A DNA stretch of 64,000 nucleotides from Candidatus Hodarchaeota archaeon (GCA_048886685.1 JBHLKM010000008.1:64001-128000); one strand, 5' to 3'; numbered from the stretch's first letter, positions 8,181-19,169 are shown. A program made the numbers and translations. Notes: a model not told the origin generated them from the letters alone.

Positions 8181-9443
8181 TCAAGGATATGGATTAGTAG
8201 CTTTAGGTTTTGGTTTCCTCATTTTAAGAAATTCTCCTGATTTCATTAGATCGCATGGTTTAAAATAGTCCTTTCCTGAATTTTTTGCTAACTCTTCTAA
8301 CTTAACGCAGAGATTTCCATAAATCCTTTTACCTGTTATAAAAGGACCAGGCGATTGCTCTCTTGAACCAATATACATGATATCATCAATGGTTTGATAC
8401 CCTGATATAACGCCTTCTTGTAAAAGTTTACAGCCTTCATTTATTTCAATAGCAATAATGGTTTCTAAATCAAGTAATCCCGCTTTTTTCGAACGATCCG
8501 TTTTTGGACGCCATTCCTTATTCCATTCAAAGAAGTACCTTCTCCCTTTAGGCCATTCGTAAAAACCCTTACCTGTTTTTGCTCCAAGTTCTCCTTTCTT
8601 AACCTTTTCCAGAAAAACTCCGCTTGTTATTGCAAAGTCTGGAGAAAGATATTCTTTTAAATAATTCATGCTGTCATATGCTACGTCTAGTCCAATGTAA
8701 TCCCAAGTTTCACACAATCCCATAGAATCTTTATTTAAAACGATGTCAGCATCTAATTGTTCCCATGGAATATTTTTTTCAATTGCTTTATCGGCAACCC
8801 AACTAAAGTAAAGGCCCACTGCACAAAGTAATCTATTTAAAATGAAACCTGGACTCCATTTTTCAATACGTACTATAAAACGATCACCACTAACACAGGG
8901 TAGCTTTTCTCCTAAAGCAGAGCAAATACCCCACGTTTCATTTGAAGTTTTAAAACCTTTAGTTACTTCAATTACTCTACTAGAAATAATAGGAGGAATA
9001 AAATGCATTCCTACTACTTTTTCTGGTTTTCCCGAAGCCTCTCCTAATTTAGATATATCCATAAATGAGGTATTTGATGCTATAATTGTATTTTTTGGAG
9101 CATATTCACCTAATTTTCTATATATTTCCATTTTAAGATCCAATCTTTCTGGAACGGCTTCAATTATAAAATCTGCATTTTCTACAGCTTTTTTCAAATC
9201 TAATTCCTTAACCAATCTTGCCATCAGACTTTTTGTTGTAGTACCCTCAGGTAGTTTTCCCATTTCTTCACATTTTAAGAGTCCAATTTCAATTTGTTTT
9301 GCGGCATTATCTAGTGACTCTTTTTTAATATCATTTAGAATAATTTTATTAAAACCAGCTAGTAAAACAACATGAGCAATACCATATCCCATAAATCCAG
9401 TACCAACAACAGTAATATTTTTAATATTACTAATGTCTCTCAT
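8181..9443 (-). CDS. 3-hydroxyacyl-CoA dehydrogenase family protein
   Basis: GTGFMGYG Rossmann, EAVPERLDLK, ASNTS, GMHF, GFILNR, GAKTGKGFY. Confidence 0.9.
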   Translation of the reverse strand: MRDISNIKNITVVGTGFMGYGIAHVVLLAGFNKIILNDIKKESLDNAAKQIEIGLLKCEEMGKLPEGTTTKSLMARLVKELDLKKAVENADFIIEAVPERLDLKMEIYRKLGEYAPKNTIIASNTSFMDISKLGEASGKPEKVVGMHFIPPIISSRVIEVTKGFKTSNETWGICSALGEKLPCVSGDRFIVRIEKWSPGFILNRLLCAVGLYFSWVADKAIEKNIPWEQLDADIVLNKDSMGLCETWDYIGLDVAYDSMNYLKEYLSPDFAITSGVFLEKVKKGELGAKTGKGFYEWPKGRRYFFEWNKEWRPKTDRSKKAGLLDLETIIAIEINEGCKLLQEGVISGYQTIDDIMYIGSREQSPGPFITGKRIYGNLCVKLEELAKNSGKDYFKPCDLMKSGEFLKMRKPKPKATNPYP

Positions 9444-9555
9444 ATTTATTGACTCTCTTTAAATTTTGAAATTAAAAATTTGCATTATTTTGATTACCTT
9501 ATAAATTATTACCTAGTATTTAATTATTATTTTCGATTCTTGCTATAGAGGAATG

Positions 9556-10482
9556 TTAGGTAATAATAGAAATGCCAAGATCCTTTAACAACGGTGTTAG
9601 AAAGCTATTAAAGAAATCCTTAATCCCAAGTGTAGTGGCCAAATATAGGTCTAAAAAGCTCTGGATCTCATGATTAATTTTCTCGATCTCTATAAAATTA
9701 TAATCTGGTTCAATTTTAATGTTATGTAAATCTAAGGGCTTCAAATGTTTCATGACTAAATAAAACATAAAGCGAATATAAGAAGTTTCTATAATATTTT
9801 CTTCTTCTTCGGATAATTCATGAACCTCATGAACAATAGTATTTCTTAATGCTCTTATATTTTCAATTAGTCTTTCCAGATCTTGAGGTAAATTTAACTC
9901 TAAAATTTTCTCTGTCATATCTTTATTTTTATAATCCTCAATCTGAGCATTGCAATAATCTTCTAAATTTGAATAAAATTGAATTAAGAATTTAAAGGCA
10001 TCAAAATTTTTGTTATGCTTCCATTCTCGATACGGATTTCCCCAATTGAGAAAATTTATTTCATCTAACGCATTTTTAATTTTGTTTTTAATATTATCAA
10101 CCTTCTGAATGAAATAATCTAGATAATCCATGTAGGGTTTCTCTTGAGGAGCAAAATTATATTTATAAGTCCTCCCAAATTCCTTAAAAGCGCCCAATTT
10201 TTTTATTAGGGATGGATCTTCCAATATTTCCTTTTTTCCAACTTCAGCAGCAAATTTGAGCATAAACCTACATTCGGGACAATAAGTTACCCATGATCCT
10301 TTAAGTGAAGAATATGGCTTAACAACAATTTGGTGTTTTTTATTCTGGAATTGCATTAGTTCACCCTTAGATTCAATTACATCATAATGAGTCTTCTCAA
10401 TATGAAATGCTTCTGGGATGAATTCGAAATTACAAATAGGGCACTTAATTTTTTTATCTGAAGGAGCTTTATTCTTTACCAT
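9556..10482 (-). CDS. Hypothetical protein with Zn-ribbon (CPIC...CPEC) and HEPN-like RxxxxH motif
   Basis: 308-aa ORF; two CxxC pairs; LRNTIVH in a helical C-terminal half. Confidence 0.65.
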   Translation of the reverse strand: MVKNKAPSDKKIKCPICNFEFIPEAFHIEKTHYDVIESKGELMQFQNKKHQIVVKPYSSLKGSWVTYCPECRFMLKFAAEVGKKEILEDPSLIKKLGAFKEFGRTYKYNFAPQEKPYMDYLDYFIQKVDNIKNKIKNALDEINFLNWGNPYREWKHNKNFDAFKFLIQFYSNLEDYCNAQIEDYKNKDMTEKILELNLPQDLERLIENIRALRNTIVHEVHELSEEEENIIETSYIRFMFYLVMKHLKPLDLHNIKIEPDYNFIEIEKINHEIQSFLDLYLATTLGIKDFFNSFLTPLLKDLGISIIT

Positions 10483-10628
10483 GAAGTATTACACATTTTG
10501 TTGTGTGTAGGTACAAAATTAATTAATTAGATAAGATGAAATCTTCATATATTAGGTTTATCGAAAATTCATAATTTCTTTACTAAAAAAAGTAAAAAAA
10601 TATTAAAAAAAAGATATTAATGAAAATG

Positions 10629-11576
10629 TTAAATTAGAGCAAAAATCATACCCAGAATTGAGAGTACTGTAGCAATTACTAGAATTGGTATTGAAATTAT
10701 ATCAGGTTTTATCTCTTCCTTTCTGCCTTCTATCTCCTTAAGTATGGCAAATTCATGTTCCATCTTTTTATGATTAATACGTGTAATCATTGCACTTGCA
10801 AGAACCATGCTTATAGTGGTAAGAGAAACCCCTAATGAGATATAAGATGCCTTTGCTTCAAGGATGTTCGCTTTTTCTGACTTAAAATTTTTCTGATCTT
10901 GAATTTCCCTTATTTGGGTGTAAAGAAAATAGTCTAAGACGGACTCAATACCACCTCCTTCAAAAATAAAGATTTCTAGACTGGTATCGGGATCATGGGG
11001 TCGAAACTGAGGTGCTTTAAGTTGAATTAAAGGATAACTAAAATATAATCCGTAATAGTCATAAGCAGTCCAAATATAGACAGGGGACCCATATAAACTA
11101 TTATAAGTCTGCCACATCTCATAAGTAATAAAGTAGTCATAACCATCAGCTTCCTCGAACGCGATCATAAAATCATCAGTAGAGATATTAAAGTGGCGAT
11201 ATAAATGGATAATTAGGAGTGTATTTTGCATACCTTGAGCGTATATTAATAACTCAACTATTTTTCTAATATAAACTTCTCTTTCATTTGGATTTAAACT
11301 AGTATTTAGTAGATCCAACTCATTATCAACTAGTGTAGCTTCAAAACGAATATCAATTGACTTATATGTATTTGCGATATCTCTATTAGTTAAAAAGAGA
11401 GCTTTAGCTTCCATCCTTTCGAGCGTATCTTGTAGATCAGCGACTTCTTGCTTAGCTAAGTTTGCTTCAGAAGTAAGATTCTCTTGTAATAACCCTGCAA
11501 TAAAGGCAGTGCCAGAAATAAATAAAATTATTCCGTATGCTGCTAAATATTTTGTACGAAATTTCATAATTATCAA
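10629..11576 (-). CDS. Hypothetical membrane protein (1 N-terminal and 2 C-terminal TM helices, coiled-coil segments)
   Basis: Hydrophobic segments near aa 10-30, 245-265 and 295-315. Confidence 0.7.
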   Translation of the reverse strand: MIIMKFRTKYLAAYGIILFISGTAFIAGLLQENLTSEANLAKQEVADLQDTLERMEAKALFLTNRDIANTYKSIDIRFEATLVDNELDLLNTSLNPNEREVYIRKIVELLIYAQGMQNTLLIIHLYRHFNISTDDFMIAFEEADGYDYFITYEMWQTYNSLYGSPVYIWTAYDYYGLYFSYPLIQLKAPQFRPHDPDTSLEIFIFEGGGIESVLDYFLYTQIREIQDQKNFKSEKANILEAKASYISLGVSLTTISMVLASAMITRINHKKMEHEFAILKEIEGRKEEIKPDIISIPILVIATVLSILGMIFALI

Positions 11577-11733
11577 CCATGCTTTTTTCTAGATTATATT
11601 TGAAATTCACAAAAGATAATTATTCTTTTAATTATTTTGAATTTGAACTTCAGTGTTAAACGAAAAATGCACTCTTTTTATGAAAAAGAAGAGATAAAAT
11701 AGAGATTATTATATTTTTTAAAATTTCTTTATC

Positions 11734-13098
11734 TTAAAAATGTATATCCTTAAGCACCGTACTCTCGTCATTTGAACTTTTTTTCTTTTCAGCTTCTTTA
11801 GTTCTCAATAATTTCTCGTATGAATAGAGTCTAGGATGTTTTTTAACATCAATATATGCAAATATAAATAGTGTAATAGATAAAATCACATTTGTAGAGC
11901 CAATTAATTGATAAGAATTTAAGAATATAAAGCCAATGGTAAATCCACCAATCTGCAAAAACCAAGCTGCTATTAAGGGACTAAGAGTTTGAGAAATCGA
12001 TTGAATGTTCGTAGTCCATCCACTAATTGTTCCTTGTTTAGCTGGTCCTACTGCTTTGGTGATATTGCTTGATATTAGTGGGTATATTGATGACATACAT
12101 AAAGCATAAGGAACCATAAATACATACAACATCCAAAGCTCATTTAAATATGGATAAATCATAAAAACAATAATATATCCAATTATACTTGAAAAGAAAA
12201 TGCGTTTCTCTCCAATTTTTCGAATAATTCGTTTCATAAGAAATAATCCATAAACCAAAAGAACAGTACCCGTTATCGACATAATTGTTCCAATAATTAA
12301 GGGTGTTGCCTGAAATCTTTCATTTAGAATATATGCAAAACTTGACCCAAATATGATAGCTATTAAAGATTGTATGAAAACTTGAGTAAAACGAATACCA
12401 ACTTCTTTACTCCAAATCTTTTGATCAATATCAGAAGCGGATTTTCTCAACTGCCTTTTTTCTTTTAAATCCTTAATTCGTGCTTTTGGCATGCTCTCAA
12501 CTAATACTGTAAGAGTAAGGATCATAGAGAGAATTGTAAGAAAATATGCAAATAACATAGGGAACCACCATTCAATATTACCCAAAATTCCCCCTAATAA
12601 GGGTCCTATTATCATACCTCCTGTGAATCCGACCATAATCTTACCCATTTGGGATGCTCGAGTTTGCGGGGTGGTTACATCCGAAATATATGCTCTTATA
12701 ATAGGGAATTGCCCACTAAAAATTCCATCTAAAATACGCCCTGCAAAAATTATAGGAATCGAATTTGAAAATGCCAATAATAGAAATGCTGCCCCTGTAC
12801 CCGCTTGGGAAATAATTAAAATCGGTTTTCGACCATATCTATCACTTAATTTTCCCCAAAGGGGTCCAAATATTAATATCGCAACAGCATTTGAAGAAAT
12901 AATAAGGCCGTACGTTAGGGCAGTAGCACCAAGATTGGCTATGACTATTCTAGGTAATAATGGCATGACCATACTGAATCCAAACACATCAACAAGGATA
13001 CTGAGAATAATTGTGAATAAAGCACGACTAGGATTTATTTGAAATTGCCCTAAATATTCTTTATGTTCTTCAGGACTAGGATAACTTTGAGTATTCAT
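11734..13098 (-). CDS. MFS transporter, TetA/DHA1-like
   Basis: GKLSDRYGRKP motif A; GRILDGIFSG; about 12 TM segments. Confidence 0.92.
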   Translation of the reverse strand: MNTQSYPSPEEHKEYLGQFQINPSRALFTIILSILVDVFGFSMVMPLLPRIVIANLGATALTYGLIISSNAVAILIFGPLWGKLSDRYGRKPILIISQAGTGAAFLLLAFSNSIPIIFAGRILDGIFSGQFPIIRAYISDVTTPQTRASQMGKIMVGFTGGMIIGPLLGGILGNIEWWFPMLFAYFLTILSMILTLTVLVESMPKARIKDLKEKRQLRKSASDIDQKIWSKEVGIRFTQVFIQSLIAIIFGSSFAYILNERFQATPLIIGTIMSITGTVLLVYGLFLMKRIIRKIGEKRIFFSSIIGYIIVFMIYPYLNELWMLYVFMVPYALCMSSIYPLISSNITKAVGPAKQGTISGWTTNIQSISQTLSPLIAAWFLQIGGFTIGFIFLNSYQLIGSTNVILSITLFIFAYIDVKKHPRLYSYEKLLRTKEAEKKKSSNDESTVLKDIHF

Positions 13099-13219
13099 AA
13101 TATTGTCTTAAAAAAGTAGAAAATTATGGATTAAAAAATAAAGGAACACATATAAAATTCATTAAAGTTATTTTTTGCTTTATTCTTTTTTAAGGAACCC
13201 TTTGCCATAAATGTCTAAT

Positions 13220-15064
13220 TCAAAATTTTTTAATAATTGGCATATCGATAAATGAAGTATACTTCTTATTCATTTGAATGATATATGTTGGAGTACCTTC
13301 TGTGGGATATCCATCAAACGTATCTTTATCTGCTCCTGCGATAGCAACACGAATTTTATGACCTTTGCGAATCAAAACGGAAGTAGGTAAAAGGCCAAAT
13401 GAAATTTCTGTAATTTCACCTGGAACCATAGGCATAACATCTTTCTCTCTGAATGAATGATATGGAACCATAATTTTATAGGGTCCTTCTTCTTCCAAGA
13501 TTTTACGGTGAATTAAACGTAATTGTCCTTCGGTGATATATATTACTTTTCCTTTCTCATCCACATCTTCTAAGTAAGCAAAAATTGCACCATCTTCATG
13601 TGTAGAAGTTAAATACAAGGTAATTATTGCATGTCCTGTAATTTCAGTATCACATTCCAATGGTTCGGTTGTATATGTTAACAATTTCTTATCTATTTTT
13701 GCTCTATCTTTCATTTTCAACTTTTGATCATAGTGTACATGCCAACGATTTCCTTTTCCTGTTGAGACATTGAAATCTACAATATAATGGTCTTCACCTA
13801 TCTCATTTTGAGGATTTATTTGAGATAATGAATTATTCTCAGATAGATACCATCTTTGTAAAGTATGACCTGAAGGAGGCCAATAATCTGTTTTTTTCCA
13901 TTTTTCCTCTCCCATTGTGTAATAATACAAAACTTTTTCACTAAAATTGCCTTCTAAGCATAGATCAAAAAAATCTAAACGAGCATTCTGTTGAACCCTT
14001 TGACCAGGAAAGATTTTATATTTCTTATAAAAATATGGATTGGTTTTTCGATGGTTCTCATGATCCCAATCACCAATAATTGCTCTCATAGGATTTGAAT
14101 ATGTCATGAAACGTTTTATAATATGGTCGGCAACCGCAGCGTCTAACCAGCCTCCCCATAGACAGAACGGAACGTTAGATCTTTGAATCTTCTTTCTCTG
14201 AGTATAAACACTAGCTACATCAGCAACATCTCTATAATTAATATCAATATCACGTTCATTAGTTTCATGAACATATATATTGGATTTATGCTCGTTTAAA
14301 GCTTCTTTTAAAAGTTTCTTATCGCGATCTGACTCTACAGGTTTTACACCCTTTGTAAGGAAGAACATTACAGGTTGAAGAGTAAGAAAACTTTTGCTCC
14401 TATTTTGATCTAATTGCTTATCTAGTTCTCCCCAATCTCCCATGAAATAATAATTATATACGCCTCCTGGACAGGATACTTCTAAATAAACATCCCATTG
14501 ATTGCTTATTGGGAGAATTCCTTTAACAGCAGGATGCTTTAATGAAGCTAAATATTCAGCAGCAGTTCCTAAATATGAAACGCCCATGGTAACAACATTA
14601 CCATCTGACCATGATTGCTTGATTATCCAATCAACAATTTCACCTCCATCTTTAACCTCATTTGCCGACCAAGGCCATGGTCTAACCCCAAAAGAGGCTC
14701 CAGTACCTCTAACATCAACATATACGAACGCAAATCCACGATTTATGCCAATTTTATGTAAATACTTATTAAATCCAGTTGCATAATCTTTTATAAACCA
14801 TTTAAATGGAATTCTAAATTCATAATCTCTCCAATAACGTGTCTGCAACAAAATCGTTGGAAGTCTATGTTCAGGTAAGATATTTTTTGGTAAGAAAACT
14901 TCTACAGCAATCTTCACACCATCCCTCATTGTAAGATAATAGGAGCTTTTTTTAATCCCCTTAAATGAAGTATCGCGACGTTTTAAATCTTCAAAGTAAA
15001 AAGGATTTGCCTCTAAAATACCAATCCCATTCTTATCTTTATATTTCATGAATATATAGCCCAT
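13220..15064 (-). CDS. CocE/NonD family serine hydrolase
   Basis: MRDGVKIA, DVRGTGASFG, GVSYLG nucleophile elbow, ITEGQLR. Confidence 0.92.
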   Translation of the reverse strand: MGYIFMKYKDKNGIGILEANPFYFEDLKRRDTSFKGIKKSSYYLTMRDGVKIAVEVFLPKNILPEHRLPTILLQTRYWRDYEFRIPFKWFIKDYATGFNKYLHKIGINRGFAFVYVDVRGTGASFGVRPWPWSANEVKDGGEIVDWIIKQSWSDGNVVTMGVSYLGTAAEYLASLKHPAVKGILPISNQWDVYLEVSCPGGVYNYYFMGDWGELDKQLDQNRSKSFLTLQPVMFFLTKGVKPVESDRDKKLLKEALNEHKSNIYVHETNERDIDINYRDVADVASVYTQRKKIQRSNVPFCLWGGWLDAAVADHIIKRFMTYSNPMRAIIGDWDHENHRKTNPYFYKKYKIFPGQRVQQNARLDFFDLCLEGNFSEKVLYYYTMGEEKWKKTDYWPPSGHTLQRWYLSENNSLSQINPQNEIGEDHYIVDFNVSTGKGNRWHVHYDQKLKMKDRAKIDKKLLTYTTEPLECDTEITGHAIITLYLTSTHEDGAIFAYLEDVDEKGKVIYITEGQLRLIHRKILEEEGPYKIMVPYHSFREKDVMPMVPGEITEISFGLLPTSVLIRKGHKIRVAIAGADKDTFDGYPTEGTPTYIIQMNKKYTSFIDMPIIKKF

Positions 15065-15240
15065 TTTAACTTTTAGATAAATAGAATACAGAATAGTTAT
15101 TAATAAAGATAGTAATTTTTGGGCTGGTTTAAAACCTTTAAATTATATATTTTGATAATTTAAAATTGAGACCATATTTTCATCATATTCCACATTTCCC
15201 GTTCTTTATTTAATGGATCTTCCCAAATTTTTATAATTAA

Positions 15241-16614
15241 TTATTCTAGCAAATTATCTTCTTTTAATTCATCAGCCATTTGTTCAATTTGAGCTCTTTT
15301 TTTTCTTATAGCCTCTTTTTTTCTGCGTATTCTTTCATAAATATAAAGATTAGGATGATTTTTAATATCCAAATACCCAATTATTAAAAGGATAATAGCT
15401 AATATCACATTCAAAAATCCAATTAACTCATAAGAATCTAAATGTATGAAAGCGATAGTCAATCCTCCCATTTGTAAAAATGAAGTAGAGATTAATGGAG
15501 CGACCACTTGGGCAAAAGAACGAAGATTGAATGCTAGTCCACTTACTTCTCCTTGTCTGTTCGGAGAAACTGCTTTGGTGATATTAGTTGAGATTAGAGG
15601 TCTCATAAAGGATAACATGAAGGCAAATGCTAAAACGAAAGGAAAGACCATCCAAAAATCAAATAAATAAGGGTAAATTGCGAAAAGAACTATTGCTAAT
15701 ATAAAAGTAAGAATTAAAATACGTTTTTCTCCAAATTTTTTTAGCAAAGGTCTCATAATAATTAATCCATAAATTAAAAGACCTACTCCTGCAATGGCCA
15801 TAACATATCCCCTTACAGAAGCGTCTGCTCCGTATCGTTTATCGAGCACTAATGCATAACTTGACATAAACATTGAGGAAATCAATGAGACTAAAAGTGT
15901 TTGTCCAAACCGACTAACGATTTCTTTATTCCAAATACTATCTTGTTTTCTTGAAGGTCCAAGATTTTTTAGAAGTTCGGCTTTAATCTCCTCTCTTCTT
16001 TCCTTAGGCATACTTTCAACGATGATTTTTATTGTCATAAAAATTGTAAGGATTGTTAATATACTAGCTGCAAAAAATGGAAGACGCCAATTAATTACTC
16101 CTAAACTACCACCTATTATCGGTCCTGCGATCATACCACCAGTGTATCCTACCATTATTTTTCCCATATTTGAAGCTCTAGTTTCTGGGGTTGTTACATC
16201 AGTAATATATGCCCTAATAGCGGGCATTTGACCTCCAAACATACCATCCAAAATTCTCCCGAAAATTATAAAATAAAAAGAATTCGATAATCCTAACAAG
16301 AAAAATGAAAAAGCGGTACCCGCTTGCGAAATCAATAAAATTGGTTTACGTCCATATTTATCGCTTAGTTTTCCCCAAATGGGTATAAAAATTAATGCAG
16401 AAAATGAATTTGATGACATGAGAACCCCTATCATCAGATCTGATGCTTGAAAAGCTCCCGCAATATCCGGTAATAAAGGTAAAACCATAGAATAGCCAAA
16501 TGAGTCAAGAAGAATGCATAGAATTATAGTAAATAGAGCACGTTTCTGATTAATCTTAAAAGCTTCTAAATAATCAATATGCTCTTGTTTACTTCGAAAA
16601 TTTGGAGATGACAT
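15241..16614 (-). CDS. MFS transporter, TetA/DHA1-like (paralog of 11734-13098)
   Basis: GKLSDKYGRKP; shares RAYI.DVTTP.TRAS.MGKIMVG with the paralog. Confidence 0.92.
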   Translation of the reverse strand: MSSPNFRSKQEHIDYLEAFKINQKRALFTIILCILLDSFGYSMVLPLLPDIAGAFQASDLMIGVLMSSNSFSALIFIPIWGKLSDKYGRKPILLISQAGTAFSFFLLGLSNSFYFIIFGRILDGMFGGQMPAIRAYITDVTTPETRASNMGKIMVGYTGGMIAGPIIGGSLGVINWRLPFFAASILTILTIFMTIKIIVESMPKERREEIKAELLKNLGPSRKQDSIWNKEIVSRFGQTLLVSLISSMFMSSYALVLDKRYGADASVRGYVMAIAGVGLLIYGLIIMRPLLKKFGEKRILILTFILAIVLFAIYPYLFDFWMVFPFVLAFAFMLSFMRPLISTNITKAVSPNRQGEVSGLAFNLRSFAQVVAPLISTSFLQMGGLTIAFIHLDSYELIGFLNVILAIILLIIGYLDIKNHPNLYIYERIRRKKEAIRKKRAQIEQMADELKEDNLLE

Positions 16615-16798
16615 TTAATGGTTATTCCTAAAAACATAAGATATATAGAACTGAAAATTATTCAACCAATTTAAGATTTCATTTAATGGAAATTTCATAT
16701 AAATTATTACAATTTATATTCTCTCCATCCTAGAAAATAAATATCAAAATTATTCAAAAATAATAAAAATCTAATTTTCAATATAGACTGGTGAAATA

Positions 16799-17413
16799 AT
16801 GTCTGAAAGAATTAGTTGGCATACGAAAGGCACATGGTATGAGGCTTGTGCTTCTGAAGGTCATTGCTCATTTTATTTCGGAAGAGACAGAGAGGAATCT
16901 TGTAAATCCTTTCAATTATTTGAATTCGACGAGGGGAATTTTGGGGACGTAGATATCAGTGGAGTATTAGCAATTTGCGTAATTGATTTATACTCTAATA
17001 AAGTTGCTGATTTGATGTTAAAGGGGGGAGAAGGAGGAGTGTATATAAGCGATAAGACTACAGAAGAACAGAGAAAATATTTAGAACCTTATTTTGTTAA
17101 AAATATCCCCGGGAATTCTATTCTTAGAAAAGTTCTCGGAGTCAGATATGTTGATATTGACTTCAAAAAAGAAGATGGGTCTTTTCATGTGACTATGTCT
17201 CATGGGGAAATGAAATTATCTTATTCCGTAGGACTCGACGGAAAAAATCCACAGAGACTTGAAAATTCTCCTTTTGGTGTGTTTTTTTCTGATATAAAAA
17301 TCTGTAATACTCATTTCTGGAAATATAATGACTTTGGGAAAAACTGGGAATTTAAGAATCGAAGTGGAACCATCGCAAGTTTCGATGGAAAAGGAAGATC
17401 AAAAGATTTCTAA
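16799..17413 (+). CDS. DUF1326-like protein
   Basis: W..KG.WYEAC....C N-terminus, G.FGDVDISG, YISDKTTEEQR; GGTGA SD upstream. Confidence 0.7.
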   Translation: MSERISWHTKGTWYEACASEGHCSFYFGRDREESCKSFQLFEFDEGNFGDVDISGVLAICVIDLYSNKVADLMLKGGEGGVYISDKTTEEQRKYLEPYFVKNIPGNSILRKVLGVRYVDIDFKKEDGSFHVTMSHGEMKLSYSVGLDGKNPQRLENSPFGVFFSDIKICNTHFWKYNDFGKNWEFKNRSGTIASFDGKGRSKDF

Positions 17414-17564
17414 AAAGTAATTTTTTTTTTAAATTTTTACAATAATATGATGGATTTTTCTCTTACAAATTGGGGTCAAATTATAAATAAAATTCTGTCA
17501 TATTGATTATATGAAATCTAATTTAAGAATAAAAACTTAAATATATTTTAAAATGTGAAAAAGT

Positions 17565-19070
17565 ATGGAAATAATGGCAATAATTGATACAAAATCTGGA
17601 AAAGTCCAGGGTTATAGCGAAAAGGGCGTAGAAGTATACAAAGGTATTCCTTATGCTGAACCTCCGATTGGTGATTTAAGATTTCGTCCACCTATTGCGA
17701 AAGAACCTTGGGATGGGGTGCTTGATGCGACTAAATATGGCCATTTTGCATTTCAAGGATATATTCTATTTGAAGATTTGTTTGGAAAGCTTGGACCAGA
17801 GAGTGAAGATTGCTTGACTCTTAACATATGGACACCTGCAGCAGATGATAAAAAGCGTCCCGTAATGTTTTGGATACATGGAGGTGCTTTCATTAGTGGA
17901 GGAGGAACATGGGAACTTTATGATGGTTCAGCTTTAGCTAAACGAGGAAATGTTGTAGTAGTTACCATTAACTATAGGTTAGGGGCTTTGGGTTTTTCAT
18001 ACATTCCAGATATTACTATAAATGTAGGAATACTTGATCAGGCTCTCGCACTTAATTGGGTGCATGATAATATTGAAGAGTTTGGTGGAAACCCAGATAA
18101 TATTACATTATTTGGGGAGTCAGCGGGAGGATATTCTGTCTTAACGTTACCAGTTATGTCACAAACTAAAGGAATGATTCGACGCGTAATTGCTCAAAGT
18201 GCTCCTAATATTGAACCTGAGGTAAGTTATAGAAATACTAGGGGTTTCATGCGAAAGTTAAAATTAAGAAAGGGAGATTTTGAAGCATTACGTACAATTC
18301 CTCCTGAAAGAATTATTGAAGCTCAGAATGAATTTATAGGAGCTGATCCAACTAGTCTAATGTCTTTTAGACCACTAGTTGATGGAGATACAATCCCTAA
18401 ACATCCCTTAAAAGCATTCCGAGATGGAGATTTAAAAAATATTGATTTTATGATAGGAACCAATATGGACGAGTCAAAATTGTTTACTTATCAGGATCCA
18501 GGTATCAATGCAATGGTTAAAGCCCAAGGTGAAAATGCGATAATCGCTTTATTGGGTACAAGTGGGGTAGATGTTAACAAAAGCAGAGAAATTATAGAAA
18601 TTTATAAAAATGCGAGAAAACAGAAGTATTCTATAGAACCAATGGATTTATTGGATGCTGTTGTATCTGATGGCATGTTTCGTGTCCCCACCATACGATT
18701 GCTTGAAGCTCAATTTCAACATCAACCTAATACGTTTACCTACATGTTTACCTTTCAATCTCCCAAATTCAATGGTGCGTACGGGTGCCCTCATTTTATA
18801 GATATCCCATTTGTATTTAACACATTTCACACCCCTGGTTTTCCTGAATTCGTCGGGAAAGGTCCTGATGTTGATAATCTTTGTGAAAAAGTAATGGATG
18901 CTTGGATTGCTTTTGCGCATACTGGAAATCCTAATCACGATGGACTTCCTGAATGGTCTTCGTATGATAATAAGAATCGATCAACAATGTTCCTCGGAAG
19001 AAAGTGCAAAATTGTTAATGCTCCTTTTGACAAAGAGAGAGAAGTCTGGGAGGGAGTCAACGAAATCTAA
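17565..19070 (+). CDS. Type-B carboxylesterase (PnbA-like)
   Basis: GIPYAEPPIGDLRF, EDCLTLNIWTP, WIHGGAF, FGESAG. Confidence 0.95.
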   Translation: MEIMAIIDTKSGKVQGYSEKGVEVYKGIPYAEPPIGDLRFRPPIAKEPWDGVLDATKYGHFAFQGYILFEDLFGKLGPESEDCLTLNIWTPAADDKKRPVMFWIHGGAFISGGGTWELYDGSALAKRGNVVVVTINYRLGALGFSYIPDITINVGILDQALALNWVHDNIEEFGGNPDNITLFGESAGGYSVLTLPVMSQTKGMIRRVIAQSAPNIEPEVSYRNTRGFMRKLKLRKGDFEALRTIPPERIIEAQNEFIGADPTSLMSFRPLVDGDTIPKHPLKAFRDGDLKNIDFMIGTNMDESKLFTYQDPGINAMVKAQGENAIIALLGTSGVDVNKSREIIEIYKNARKQKYSIEPMDLLDAVVSDGMFRVPTIRLLEAQFQHQPNTFTYMFTFQSPKFNGAYGCPHFIDIPFVFNTFHTPGFPEFVGKGPDVDNLCEKVMDAWIAFAHTGNPNHDGLPEWSSYDNKNRSTMFLGRKCKIVNAPFDKEREVWEGVNEI

Positions 19071-19169
19071 GATTTCTACTTAGTTAATTTTTTTTATCTT
19101 TTTTATATCTTAACTGGATTTCCATATTGGGGTATTTTTTAGAAATAAAATAAAAAAAAGTTATAATTA

